From: Syntrophus sp. (in: bacteria)
GTDB taxonomy: Bacteria > Desulfobacterota > Syntrophia > Syntrophales > Syntrophaceae
NCBI GenBank assembly: GCA_034006265.1
Contig: JAVETB010000002.1
Coordinates: forward strand, 19,919-83,918
DNA length: 64,000 bases
Direction: 5' to 3'
The position numbers and the translations under genes are program-made. This document shows, piece after piece, positions 30,804-41,084 of the stretch. Position 1 is the first letter of the stretch; each line of letters starts with the position of its first letter. The notes below the pieces were generated by a model. The model searched no databases, was not told the origin of the DNA, and saw only the letters and a program-made list of their open reading frames with translations.

Positions 30804-32936
30804 ATGCACTATTTTTTTAATCCTCAGAGCATTGCCGTCTTCGGTGCAACCCCCAAAACCTTCAAGGGGGGATATGCCATTCTCAGGAATCTGATTTCGA
30901 CGTTCCAGGGACGGATTTATCCCGTCAACCCTCAGCATGTAAGCATTGAAGGCATGCCCTGCTTTCCCGCTTTGGCAGACATCGAGGGACCCGTCGACTT
31001 GGTGATCCTCTTCATCGCGGCCAGGATGGTTCCCGACGCGCTGGAACAATGCGCCGCCAAAGGCGTCCGGGGAATTATGATCGAATCGGGCGGGTTTGCG
31101 GAGACGGATGACGTGGGGAAAGCCCTTCAGCGGTCGATTTCGGAATTTGTCAGACGAACGGGAATCCGGGTTTGGGGACCGAACTGCATGGGACTCGTGG
31201 ACGGCATCCGGGGGCACATCTTCTCTTTCACGGACCCGAAGGTCCTTCCTGCCTGCCTCCTCCCCGGACCGGTGTCCCTGATTGTCCAGAGCGGCATGCT
31301 CTCCGCGGGGTTTGTCGTCGACATCTTGAGTCATGGCATCACCGGCTTCAGCAAGATCTGCTCGATCGGCAACAAGGCAGACATCCACGAAAGCGACGTC
31401 CTCGCCTATCTCCTTGAAGATCCCGACACCTGTTCCGTCGGCCTCTATCTCGAATCCTTCATCGACGGCAGACGCTTTCTGGATCTTTGCCGGAACAGCG
31501 ACAAGCCCGTGGTTGTCTTGAAGGGGGGAAAGAGCAAAACGGGGGCGCAGGCCGCCATCAGCCACACCGCCAGCCTGGCAGGCAATTACCGGGTTGCCGT
31601 CGGCGCGCTCGCACAGGCCGGAGTTTACGAGGCGCAGGACTTCAAGCAGCTTGTCGACTTCTGCCGGACGCTTGCCCTCCACCCTCCCCGGCGCAGCCGG
31701 TCCCGGGCCCGGGGGCGGATCGCCGTCATCACCTTCAGCGGCGCTTCGGGCATCGTGTCCTCCGATTTCATGGAAGAGCAGGGTCTCAGCGTCGCCGAGC
31801 TTTCAGAGGCAACGAAAATACGCCTGGGCCGCCTTTTTCCCCAATGGATGCCCGTGGCCGATCCCGTGGACATCTGGCCGGCTATCGAACAGCACAGCGG
31901 AACGGATCTCGACATTTACAGCCTCGCCCTGGAAGCGGTTCTTGACGACCCGGGTGTGGATGCCGTCCTCGTCCATTCCTTTTCGGGATACACACGAATC
32001 CGGCTGAACCTGGAGGAAATGTCCGGGCAGAGCCGAGCTTCCGGAAAACCCGTGCTGCTGTGGCTGCTGGGCAGGCATGAAGAGGTCTTTCAGGCCAAAA
32101 AACGAGCCCGCGACCTGGGGCTCCTGGTTTTTCAGGAGCTGCACCGGGCCGTGGAGTGCCTGTCTATTCTCTTTCATCCCTCCGGAACGCTTCCGCGACT
32201 GGAGGAAGCTCAGCCCGTCCCGCCGGTACGTTCAACGGTGCTTTCAGAGGATCTTTCCCGCCTCCTGGAACATGCGGAGGGTCCCCAGGATGAGTGGACA
32301 TCCAAAAGGATACTTCAATCCTTCGGCATTCCTTCCGTGGAAGAGGCTGTGATAGAGGATTTTTTCCGCTTTGAAGGGACAGCGGCCCGGATGGGTTTTC
32401 CCCTGGTGATGAAGGGACTGCAACCGGGGGTTGTCCACAAGACGGAGCGCGGGCTGATCGAACTGAACATCCGGAATCGGCAGGAGGCGGGAGCAAGCTT
32501 TGAGCGGCTCATGGAGAGGATGGGCGGTAACGGTTCGGTATTGCTTCAGAAGCAGGTGCAGGGGGGTGTGGAGCTGATCCTGGGCGCCCTCCGTGACCCC
32601 CAGTTCGGCCCCTGCGTCATGATCGGCGTTGGCGGAGTCCTGGCCCATCTCGTCGCCGACACCGTTTTCGCGCCCGCCCCGCTGGGCCGGGAGGAAGCGC
32701 TGGACGCCATCGGCCGACTGCGGACCCCCCAGATTTTAGACGGCTTCCGCGGATCTGAACCCGTCGACCGGGACGTGATCGCCTCTCTTCTGGTCAACCT
32801 GGGCAGCGTGATGACCGACTGTCCCCGCATCCGGGAAATTGACATCAACCCCGTCCTTGCGACTCGAAACAGCGCTGTTGCCGTGGATGCGACGGTGGTT
32901 TTAGGCAGCCCCATTTCAAGGACAGATCACCGGTAA
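30804..32936 (+). CDS. Acetate/acyl-CoA ligase (ADP-forming), fused alpha-beta
   Basis: IAVFGAT, GPNCMG, SHTASLAG, HKTERG, DPQFGP, EIDINP; no GNAT domain. Confidence 0.92.
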   Translation: MHYFFNPQSIAVFGATPKTFKGGYAILRNLISTFQGRIYPVNPQHVSIEGMPCFPALADIEGPVDLVILFIAARMVPDALEQCAAKGVRGIMIESGGFAETDDVGKALQRSISEFVRRTGIRVWGPNCMGLVDGIRGHIFSFTDPKVLPACLLPGPVSLIVQSGMLSAGFVVDILSHGITGFSKICSIGNKADIHESDVLAYLLEDPDTCSVGLYLESFIDGRRFLDLCRNSDKPVVVLKGGKSKTGAQAAISHTASLAGNYRVAVGALAQAGVYEAQDFKQLVDFCRTLALHPPRRSRSRARGRIAVITFSGASGIVSSDFMEEQGLSVAELSEATKIRLGRLFPQWMPVADPVDIWPAIEQHSGTDLDIYSLALEAVLDDPGVDAVLVHSFSGYTRIRLNLEEMSGQSRASGKPVLLWLLGRHEEVFQAKKRARDLGLLVFQELHRAVECLSILFHPSGTLPRLEEAQPVPPVRSTVLSEDLSRLLEHAEGPQDEWTSKRILQSFGIPSVEEAVIEDFFRFEGTAARMGFPLVMKGLQPGVVHKTERGLIELNIRNRQEAGASFERLMERMGGNGSVLLQKQVQGGVELILGALRDPQFGPCVMIGVGGVLAHLVADTVFAPAPLGREEALDAIGRLRTPQILDGFRGSEPVDRDVIASLLVNLGSVMTDCPRIREIDINPVLATRNSAVAVDATVVLGSPISRTDHR

Positions 32937-32948
32937 GGAGAAAAAGGA

Positions 32949-33362
32949 GTGAAAGAGCCAAAAAAGGAAAGGGAAATTGCGAGCAATCCGGCTCTTGAAG
33001 AGGAAATCAGAAACCGGACGAAAGGCAACGAGCTGAGCTGCGCGGCGGCCATGCAGATCTCCGCGCAGTTCGGAGAGCCCCCCGGGGATCTGGGACAGAG
33101 GCTCGATGCGATGGAAATCCGCCTCGCCAAGTGTCAGCTTGGCCTTTACGGCTACAAGCCCGAGAAGAAGATTGTCCAGCCTGCGGCGGAAGTATCGGCA
33201 AACCTGGAAGAGGAGATTCGAAACGCCATGAAGGGGAATTCCCTGCCCTGCATGGAGGCCTGGTCCATCGCCAGGAGAAGAAGAATCCCCAAGATGGCCG
33301 TTTCCTCGGCCTGCGAAACCCTGAAGATCAAGATCAGCCCCTGCCAGCTCGGAGCCTTTTAG
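32949..33362 (+). CDS. Hypothetical protein with an internally duplicated Cys-containing domain
   Basis: Two repeats LEEEIRN..GN.L.C..A...CQLG; AAGGAG SD. Confidence 0.8.
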   Translation: MKEPKKEREIASNPALEEEIRNRTKGNELSCAAAMQISAQFGEPPGDLGQRLDAMEIRLAKCQLGLYGYKPEKKIVQPAAEVSANLEEEIRNAMKGNSLPCMEAWSIARRRRIPKMAVSSACETLKIKISPCQLGAF

Positions 33363-34093
33363 GGGGTCCGGCAACGGCCATTCTCCAGGTAGCGGGTGGC
33401 CACGGCAATCATGACCCGGGCGTTCTCCCGGGCATGGGCCACAATCTGCTCGACCGTCAAAGGCTCTTCCGCCAGACCGTTTCCGTAATTGTCGACAGAG
33501 CAGAGCGCTCCATAGGCCAGGCCGAATTCCTGCGCCGTCACGGCTTCACTCGCCAGGGTCATGCCTACCAGGTCGGCAAACCGCGCGATCATGCGGATCT
33601 CGGCACGCGTTTCCAGCCGGGGTCCCGGCATCTGAAAGTAAACCCCCTGGTCCACCGCCTTCACCCCGCTTTGTTGGGCGGCTTCGAGGAGACGCCGCCT
33701 CACTCCCGGATCGAGCCGCGGGGTCATATGGGCGGAGCGGTCCCGGAACATACTGGGAATACCGGCCAGGAAAATGAAATCCTCGGGAATCATGATTGTT
33801 CCCGGCTTCCATTTTCGATGTAGGGAACCAGCCGAGTTGATGGCGACGATCTCCTTCACCCCGATTTCGGCAAGGGCTTTCATATTTGCCCGATGATTGA
33901 TCCGGTGCGGCAGGATGTATCGTTCGGGGTCTGCCCCATGCCGCGAAATAAAAGCGACTTCGTCGGAGCGCATCACCTCCGCAGGGCCGTATTCCGTCTC
34001 AATGAGCGCCTCCCGGAGATCTCCGAAAAGCTCACCGCCCCTCGGGATGACCGTCCCGGAAAGAATTCCCAAAGGCCGCATCCGTCTCCTCAT
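33359..34093 (-). CDS. mtnP: MTAP-family purine nucleoside phosphorylase
   Basis: TEYG, RHG..PHRINHRAN, GPRLETRAE, VGMT, SVDN. Confidence 0.88.
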   Translation of the reverse strand: MRRRMRPLGILSGTVIPRGGELFGDLREALIETEYGPAEVMRSDEVAFISRHGADPERYILPHRINHRANMKALAEIGVKEIVAINSAGSLHRKWKPGTIMIPEDFIFLAGIPSMFRDRSAHMTPRLDPGVRRRLLEAAQQSGVKAVDQGVYFQMPGPRLETRAEIRMIARFADLVGMTLASEAVTAQEFGLAYGALCSVDNYGNGLAEEPLTVEQIVAHARENARVMIAVATRYLENGRCRTP

Positions 34094-34119
34094 CCCCTTT
34101 CCCTGTCAGCGCTGCCCCC

Positions 34120-34195
34120 CCTATAACAGATCACCGTCCCCCTGTCAAAAGCGCCGGATCTTTTCCCCGGCTCCGCCCTGAAAATGCCATTGACA
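34120..34195. promoter_or_regulatory. Divergent sigma70-type promoters for mtnP and trxA
   Basis: Minus: TTGACA (34143-34148)-N17-TATAGG with TG; plus: TTGACA at 34190-34195 with a weak -10. Confidence 0.5.
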
Positions 34196-34254
34196 TCCCT
34201 CGGGAGGATATGACATAGATACAGGAAATTTAAATCTGACAGGGGGGTCTCTCC

Positions 34255-34587
34255 ATGAGTACGCAGGAATCACTGGTACATGTCTCCGATGCGAATTTCG
34301 AGGCGGAAATCATCAAATCAGATAAACCGGCCCTGGTTGATTTCTGGGCAACATGGTGCGGGCCCTGCCGGGCCATCGGTCCCCTGGTGGAAGAGCTTGC
34401 CGAAATCTACAAGGACAGGGTGAAGATATCAAAGCTCAACGTGGACGAAAACCCGAAAACCGCCGCGGATTTCGGGGTGCGCAGCATCCCGACGCTGATG
34501 CTTTTCAAGGAAGGCAAGGTAATGGACACCCTGGTCGGAGTCGTCTCGCGGGAACGGCTGGAAGAATTCATCAATCAAAGCCTCTAA
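34255..34587 (+). CDS. trxA: Thioredoxin
   Basis: DFWATWCGPC, SIPTL. Confidence 0.97.
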   Translation: MSTQESLVHVSDANFEAEIIKSDKPALVDFWATWCGPCRAIGPLVEELAEIYKDRVKISKLNVDENPKTAADFGVRSIPTLMLFKEGKVMDTLVGVVSRERLEEFINQSL

Positions 34588-35324
34588 TGGCCCGGCGCAA
34601 GACCATAAAACCCATGACTCACAGAACCCCTTACCTTCGCTGCCTGATCGCGCTCCTTTCCTGGACCCTGATCCTCTCTCTTTCGGCAGGCTGTCAATTA
34701 TTCCGGAAGTCGGACATGACCAGGGGAACCCCCGAGGGCCTTTACAAGAAAGGATATTCCGACTACCAGAACGGCCGGTACAAAAAGGCTATTCAATCCT
34801 TTGAACGGCTCCGGGACGAGCATCCCCTGAGCGAACTGGCCATTCTAGCCAAGCTGGGAATCGGAGACGCCCATTACAGCGACAAGTCCTATGCGGAAGC
34901 GGAAGCCGCCTACGGTGACTTCATTTACCTTCATCCCACGAACGAGAACATCCCCTATGTGATGTACCAGATAGGGATGTGCCATTACGAGCAGATTCTG
35001 TCCATTGACCGCGACCAGACCGAAACCCGGAGAGCGGCCAAGGAATTCGAAAAGCTGCTGGTGCGCTTTCCGGACAGCAAATTCTCCCTGATGGCGGAGA
35101 AAATGCTCAGGGAATGCCGCATCAGGTTGGCTGAACATGAGTTTTACGTAGGGGAATTCTATTTCAAGCAGAAGAATTATCCGTCGGCGCTTCTGCGCTT
35201 CGAAGCCATAGCCCGGGAATATGCGGGCCTGGGCCTGGATTACAAAACGTCCGTCTACATTGAGGAAACAAAAAAGCTGATGGAGCTCGAAGAAGCCAAA
35301 AAGAAGAACCCGGAGAAGAAGTAA
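34587..35324 (+). CDS. bamD: Outer membrane protein assembly factor BamD
   Basis: ATG overlaps trxA stop (TAATG); lipobox SAGC; TPRs, LHPTNE, DRDQT, LAEHEFYVGEFY. Confidence 0.92.
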   Translation: MARRKTIKPMTHRTPYLRCLIALLSWTLILSLSAGCQLFRKSDMTRGTPEGLYKKGYSDYQNGRYKKAIQSFERLRDEHPLSELAILAKLGIGDAHYSDKSYAEAEAAYGDFIYLHPTNENIPYVMYQIGMCHYEQILSIDRDQTETRRAAKEFEKLLVRFPDSKFSLMAEKMLRECRIRLAEHEFYVGEFYFKQKNYPSALLRFEAIAREYAGLGLDYKTSVYIEETKKLMELEEAKKKNPEKK

Positions 35325-35382
35325 GGATTCTTCGATCGCTCATCCCGCTGTTTCGCCGCGGGGGGATTGGGAACACCCCCGC

Positions 35383-36978
35383 TTATTGAGCGGAGCCTTC
35401 TCCGGCCTTCCTCATTTTCAGCAGAATTTCATGGGCGCACGCCTCCGGAGAGTCGGCGGTATTCACGGGCAGGTACTCGCCGGTGGCAAGTTCGTTGATG
35501 GGGTCGAAATCGCTTTTCTGCGCCATATAAATCTCCCACCTGCCGTCCGACACCTCACCCGCCTCCGTCAAGCGCCTGTTCAGACGCTCCTCGAGGATTT
35601 CCTCCGGGCACAGGCATTCAACCACAAAGAAATCGGCGTGCATCCCTTCGGCAAGCGATTTCGCCTTCAACCGCTCACCGCGCCTTTTGTAGGAAGCGTC
35701 GATGATGACGGGCCTGCCGTCCCTGAGAACTTCCGCCGCCCGGCTCAAGGCCGCCTCGTAGGTGCGCCTCGAAACTTCCTCCGAATAGATCCCCTGCCCG
35801 AACTCCGAGAAATGATGATCCGCAGCCGGGATGCTGAGAAGCTCCTTGCGGAGAGCATCCATCTGCACGATCTCCGCCTCAAGAGGGGCCGCCAGGTTCC
35901 GGGCCAGAACGCTCTTTCCCGTCCCCATCAGGCCGGCCAGCAGGATCAGCGCCGGCCTCTCCAAACGGCCGGCACAGGCGTAGGCCAGTTCAAAATACCG
36001 TCCCGCCGCCGCCCTGGCCCCGTCCCGCTCTTCCTGACTGACGGCCGTGTCCTGGCTTTTAAAGCCGACGACCTTCCCTCGGACATAGGCATAATAGCAC
36101 TTGTAAAAATTGAGGAGCCGGCGGATCTCCCCGTCCCCCGAAAGGGAGATGTAGGCTTCGACAAAGGCCTTCCCGTATTCCGGGTAGCCGTTGAAATCAA
36201 GGTCCATGGCCAGAAAAGCCACTTCCGCGGCCACATCCTCGTAGCGGAATCGCTCATTGAACTCGATGCAGTCAAAAATGACAATGTCAGGATCGAGAAG
36301 ACAGATATGCTCGAGGTGCAGATCGCCGTGGCAGTCCCGGATCCGGTGGTTCTCCACCCGCCGCCGGAGCAGCCCTTCGCGCCTTTCGAGAAAATCGAGG
36401 GCCCGGGATTGGATGAAAGAGTACTGATAGGCGGGAATCGTCACGCCGATGAAGCTTCGCGTTTGGTCGAAATTTTCCTCGATATTCCTCCGAATCGTCT
36501 CCGGCCCGCCCACTTCGTCGATCGTTCCGCCTGTTTCAGCCCGGCGGTGAAAATCCTCGACTTTTCCGGCAACCCTCTCCATCGCTGCAGCCGGCAGGTC
36601 TCCCCGGGCCAGCAGTCTCTTGAGCATCTGCTCTTCCGGAATTTTTTTCATGACGACGGCATAGTCCACGACCTTCCCGGAATCGCCCAACGCCAGCCGC
36701 CCATCCGGTTTTTCGACGATCTCCACGACGCCCAGGTAGACCTCCGGGGCCAGCCTCCGGTTCAGCCTCAATTCTTCCCCGCAGTAGAATCGCCGCTTTT
36801 CAAGGGTCGTGAAATCAAGGAATCCAAAGTCCACGGCCTTCTTGATTTTATAAACAAGATCTCCGGCGATGAAGATGAAAGAAATGTGCGTCTGCAGCAG
36901 TTCAACCCGCTCCGGCCTGCCGGGATAGAACTCCGGCCGGCTCATGGCGGCAACCAGTTGAGGATGCGTTTTCTCCAT
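35383..36978 (-). CDS. Aminoglycoside phosphotransferase-like/AAA_33 kinase fusion
   Basis: THIS, YKIKK, HGDLHLEHI, FDCIEFN, P-loop GLMGTGKS; start set at MEKTH. Confidence 0.9.
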   Translation of the reverse strand: MEKTHPQLVAAMSRPEFYPGRPERVELLQTHISFIFIAGDLVYKIKKAVDFGFLDFTTLEKRRFYCGEELRLNRRLAPEVYLGVVEIVEKPDGRLALGDSGKVVDYAVVMKKIPEEQMLKRLLARGDLPAAAMERVAGKVEDFHRRAETGGTIDEVGGPETIRRNIEENFDQTRSFIGVTIPAYQYSFIQSRALDFLERREGLLRRRVENHRIRDCHGDLHLEHICLLDPDIVIFDCIEFNERFRYEDVAAEVAFLAMDLDFNGYPEYGKAFVEAYISLSGDGEIRRLLNFYKCYYAYVRGKVVGFKSQDTAVSQEERDGARAAAGRYFELAYACAGRLERPALILLAGLMGTGKSVLARNLAAPLEAEIVQMDALRKELLSIPAADHHFSEFGQGIYSEEVSRRTYEAALSRAAEVLRDGRPVIIDASYKRRGERLKAKSLAEGMHADFFVVECLCPEEILEERLNRRLTEAGEVSDGRWEIYMAQKSDFDPINELATGEYLPVNTADSPEACAHEILLKMRKAGEGSAQ

Positions 36979-37353
36979 TTTTTTCCCTCTGTGGATTTTC
37001 CCCGTGATGAGCGGGAATTCGATTCGCTTTTCGTCCCAAAGCCTGCCTCCTCCTTTAATCAATCCGCCGAGGTTAATCAAGATGAAACTGAGAATCGTCA
37101 TGGGCGGCCGGTCAGGGTTCCTCCCGGCCGGCGGTGATCGCCGACGGAAGGCTTTTCGGATGGACTCCCGGAAAGAACATTTCCCTTGCCTTTTCCCGCC
37201 GGCACCCATAAAAAGGGGAAGTCACCGGCTGAAGGCATCACCCGGCTCCGACGGCGCACCCAAGGCCTGCTGGATTCGCCCGGTTTCTTTCTGCCGGTTT
37301 CTGCTGGAACATCCTTTTTAAGGTCAATGTTGACGTCCCGGAGGGAAGGGGTT

Positions 37354-38127
37354 ATGGACAGGCAGATAGAACGTATCGCCCGGTGGATCGTCGAGGCCAA
37401 GACGGTCGTCATCTTTACGGGGGCAGGGCTCAGCACGGAGTCGGGAATTCCCGATTTCCGCAGTCCCGGAGGCGTCTGGGACAAGTACAATCCGGAAGAC
37501 TTCTATTTTGATCATTTTATCGCCTCGGAAATCTCCCGCTGGAAATACTGGCAGATGTCCACGGAAATGTACGAGCCGATGAAAGAAGCTCAGCCCAATG
37601 CCGCCCACATCGCCATTGCCGAGCTGGAAAAAATGGGCAGGCTGGATTGCGTCATTACCCAGAACATCGACAATCTCCACGTGCGGGCGGGAAGCTCGCC
37701 GGAGAAGGTCATCGAGCTTCACGGCACGGCCATGTCCGTCTCCTGCCTCGACTGCCGGAAAAAATTCGACCGGGAGGAGGTGCAGAAGAAACTGAAGAAG
37801 GAAATGAAGGTTCCCTACTGCGACAGCTGCGGCGGTCCTCTGAAGCCCGACACGATCTCCTTCGGCCAGGCCATGCCGGCCCGAGAAACCCAGGAGGCCT
37901 ACAGCCGCTCCTCCGCCAGCGACCTGTTCATCGTGATCGGGTCTTCCCTCGTCGTTCAGCCTGCCGCATCCATGCCGGTTACCGCCAAGAGGAACGGCGC
38001 CCGGCTCGTCATCATCAACCGCGACCCGACGCCCTGCGACAGCATGGCCGACATCGTCATCCATGACCTGGCCGGTCCCACGATGACGGCCCTGCTGAAC
38101 GGCGTCAAAAGGATCGCCCCGGGCTGA
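37354..38127 (+). CDS. cobB: NAD-dependent protein deacylase (sirtuin)
   Basis: TGAGLSTESGIPDFR, TQNIDNLH, HG, CxxC..CxxC, GSSLVV. Confidence 0.95.
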   Translation: MDRQIERIARWIVEAKTVVIFTGAGLSTESGIPDFRSPGGVWDKYNPEDFYFDHFIASEISRWKYWQMSTEMYEPMKEAQPNAAHIAIAELEKMGRLDCVITQNIDNLHVRAGSSPEKVIELHGTAMSVSCLDCRKKFDREEVQKKLKKEMKVPYCDSCGGPLKPDTISFGQAMPARETQEAYSRSSASDLFIVIGSSLVVQPAASMPVTAKRNGARLVIINRDPTPCDSMADIVIHDLAGPTMTALLNGVKRIAPG

Positions 38128-38232
38128 AGATCTTCTTGAACGGCGTAACCGCGATTTGCCGCCGCCTTCATGCCGATTGCGACTTTCAAAAAGACGGATC
38201 ACGGCTCGATGGCGCCGGGCATGTTTTCCGTC

Positions 38233-40677
38233 CTACGTTCGATCCAGCGCCCTCCGGATTGCCGTTCCGATCTGTTCCAGGCTGTAGGGCTTTCGGACGT
38301 ATTCACCCGCCCCAAGCTCCTGAGCCATTCTTACCCGCTCGGTTGCCGCAAAGCCGCTTACGATGATGGTCTTCTGATCGGGTTGAATTTCCCGGATTCT
38401 TCTCAGTGTCTCCAGGCCGTCGATCCCGGGGTCCATGATCATATCCAGCAGGATCAGATCGACGTGACGGTTCTGTATATAGGCGACGGCCTCTTCTCCG
38501 CTCGATGCCGTGGCAATTTCATAATTCAGATTGTCGAGCAGATTTTCGGCAAGCTCCCGCTGAAATTCCATGTCGTCGACAATAAGAATCGACTCTCCCC
38601 GCCCCATGTACAACGCGACATCCCTTTTCTTCCGTTCCCGGATCATCTCCTCACGGGCAACGGGAAAATAGAGGGTGAATGTGCTCCCCATCCCCTCATC
38701 GCTCTTCACCTCAACGTAGCCGTGATGATCCTTCACGGTTCCCCACACAATGGCCAATCCCAGCCCCGTCCCGCTTCTTCCCATGATCTTTTTTGTATAG
38801 AAGGGCTCAAAGATCTTTCCCACATCCTTTGCCGGAATTCCGCTGCCCGTGTCGGAAATGGAGAGGATAACGTAATTACCTTCCTGCACATCGTCGTATC
38901 CGCTGATTGCGTAGTCCACGTAGCGGTTCTCCGTCCGGACCGTCACGGTACCCGGTCCGGCAATAGCCTCCATGGCATTGGAGACGAGATTCATGACCGT
39001 CCTGCCGAGGTGGATCGACGACCCCCGGATGCTGTAGAGATCCTCTGCAAGGTCCTTCATGACGAGAACCTCTGTATGGAGAGACCTCAGCTTCTCGTAC
39101 TCCAGGGAGGCCAGATAGTCGGAAATCAGCTTGTTGAGGTCGACCGCTTCCGAAACGGATACTCCCCGTCTTGCCAGGATCAGGAGATCCTGAATGATCG
39201 CCGAGCCCTTTTCGCTGGATTGCAGAATGTGCTGCGCATTCTTCGTCAGGGAGCTGCCTTCGGGCAGCTTTGCCAGCAGCAGCTCTGCGTGACCGACCAG
39301 AACCGCCAGGACGTTGTTGAGGTCATGGGCCACTCCGCCGGCAAGCGTCCCCAGGGCCTCCATCGTTTCCGCCCGATGGAGGCGGGCCTCAATTTTTTTA
39401 TACTCCGTCATATCGCGGATGCACTCTATGGCAGCGATTGTTCTCCCCCGGGAATCGCGCAGCGCCGCTGCCGTGGTGGAAAGATACCTTTCCCCTGACG
39501 GCAGATTTGCAGCCAGGCCCTCCGCCCGCAGGATGTCTTTTTGCCCCTGGACGCCATGATGATCCTTCTCGATGTCCCCGCTGTCCCCCGGCTCCAGGAC
39601 GGAATCGACAAGGATGGGACTTCTCCCGCCGCAGAACGGAATGGCATATTCATAATTCCCCCTGCCCAGCATATCTTCCGCCCTGATGCCGGTCAGGGCT
39701 TCCATGGCACGGTTCCAGGCAGTGACCTTCCCGTCCTGATCGATGATCATCGTCGCGTCGGGGAAAAACTCTATAATGTCCGCCTGTTCCCTCTGGGACT
39801 CCCGCAATGTCTCTTCGACCCGCTTGAGTTCCGTTATATCGAGAAGCGAGGCAATCGTCTTGTTGGTGCCGGGGATCGAATCGAAACAGAGGACGACATA
39901 TTTAATGGCTCCATACCGATCAACAAACCGGAATTCGTCCCGCCTCCGGTCGGGGCTTCCATCTCTTTCGCACCGACTCCGCCTGCTCAACAGCCCTTCC
40001 AGATCCTCTTGAGCGACAAATTCCGTCCAGCGCTTTTTTCCTTCAATCTCCTCTCTGCGATAGCCGGATAATTTTTCATATTCCGTATTGACGAGGGAAA
40101 TGGTTTTGTCCTTCTCCAGAACAACGGTGGCCGTTCCCGTATTCTCGAAGATCGCCCGATAAAGCTCTTCGGACTGCTTCAGGGCTTCCTCCGCCATCTT
40201 CCACTCGGTGATGTCCATCCCGAAAGAAATCGTCCCCGTTATCTCCCCCTGTTCAATAAGCACGCTGTTCCGCCAGGCGACATACCGCTCCTCACCGGAT
40301 CTGGTGAGAATGGAATTCTCGAATTTCCTGGGAACCCTGTCGTTCAGAAGCCCGGAAAACTCCCTGCAGATCTGGTCATAGCCGGCTTGCGGCACCATCA
40401 CCTTGCACCAGTTCCTGCCCTTCAACTCGTCCATCGTGTACCCGGTGATCTCTTCCGCCGCCGGGTTGAACATCCTCAGGTTGCCCTGGGTATCCAGTCC
40501 CACGACCAGGATATTGGCGGTCTGAATCAGTTCCTTGGCAAAGTTTTTGGCTGCCTTCAGCTCCTCTTCAAGCCGCTTGAGCTCCCTACCCGATTGATCC
40601 GGCACAGCCGCGTTCAGACGCATTTCCGCCAATTCGGCCATGAGCTGCTCTCTGGTCTTTTCCTCATCTTTCATCAT
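38233..40677 (-). CDS. Multi-PAS hybrid sensor histidine kinase/response regulator
   Basis: Three PAS-like repeats, H-box AHDLNN, N/G1/F/G2 boxes, receiver LLDMIM..KP; no TM. Confidence 0.93.
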   Translation of the reverse strand: MMKDEEKTREQLMAELAEMRLNAAVPDQSGRELKRLEEELKAAKNFAKELIQTANILVVGLDTQGNLRMFNPAAEEITGYTMDELKGRNWCKVMVPQAGYDQICREFSGLLNDRVPRKFENSILTRSGEERYVAWRNSVLIEQGEITGTISFGMDITEWKMAEEALKQSEELYRAIFENTGTATVVLEKDKTISLVNTEYEKLSGYRREEIEGKKRWTEFVAQEDLEGLLSRRSRCERDGSPDRRRDEFRFVDRYGAIKYVVLCFDSIPGTNKTIASLLDITELKRVEETLRESQREQADIIEFFPDATMIIDQDGKVTAWNRAMEALTGIRAEDMLGRGNYEYAIPFCGGRSPILVDSVLEPGDSGDIEKDHHGVQGQKDILRAEGLAANLPSGERYLSTTAAALRDSRGRTIAAIECIRDMTEYKKIEARLHRAETMEALGTLAGGVAHDLNNVLAVLVGHAELLLAKLPEGSSLTKNAQHILQSSEKGSAIIQDLLILARRGVSVSEAVDLNKLISDYLASLEYEKLRSLHTEVLVMKDLAEDLYSIRGSSIHLGRTVMNLVSNAMEAIAGPGTVTVRTENRYVDYAISGYDDVQEGNYVILSISDTGSGIPAKDVGKIFEPFYTKKIMGRSGTGLGLAIVWGTVKDHHGYVEVKSDEGMGSTFTLYFPVAREEMIRERKKRDVALYMGRGESILIVDDMEFQRELAENLLDNLNYEIATASSGEEAVAYIQNRHVDLILLDMIMDPGIDGLETLRRIREIQPDQKTIIVSGFAATERVRMAQELGAGEYVRKPYSLEQIGTAIRRALDRT

Positions 40678-40939
40678 GAAAACATCTCTCCGGAGGAACC
40701 TGAAAACACCTGTTGACGCTTCCTGAAGATACGCGTTCCACCCCTGATAGCCCCCGACCCGCAGCGGATCAGCGGAAGGGACGCCCCCCGGACGCCGCCG
40801 ATGCCGCCTGGTCCAGGGACATGGAATTTCAAGATTCATTCCCTTTTCTCCCTTTCGCGCCATCTATCTGAATGGATGGCCGGCCGGCGGACCTTCCGTT
40901 CATCAGAAAATCCCCATCCAGGGGATGCTCTCGAAAGCC

Positions 40940-40968
40940 TTGACTGCTTTCGTGGCTTATAATAGATT
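40940..40968 (+). promoter_or_regulatory. Sigma70-type promoter upstream of mazG
   Basis: TTGACT-N17-TAGATT. Confidence 0.55.
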
Positions 40969-41084
40969 GCCGGGAAAGCGCTGGCTTTTCCCTCCATGCG
41001 ATGAATTTTTTAAAGGAGATGGTTTGATATGGCTGAGGTTGGGGAATTGGTCATCCGGGAACTGGACATACGAGGGAGGTCCGT

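Noticed and set aside
35386-37137. 583-aa plus-strand ORF and other long antisense ORFs (30423-31682, 38170-39498, 48667-49830, 43260-44294)
   Set aside because: Shadow frames opposite well-supported genes in GC-rich DNA; no recognisable motifs
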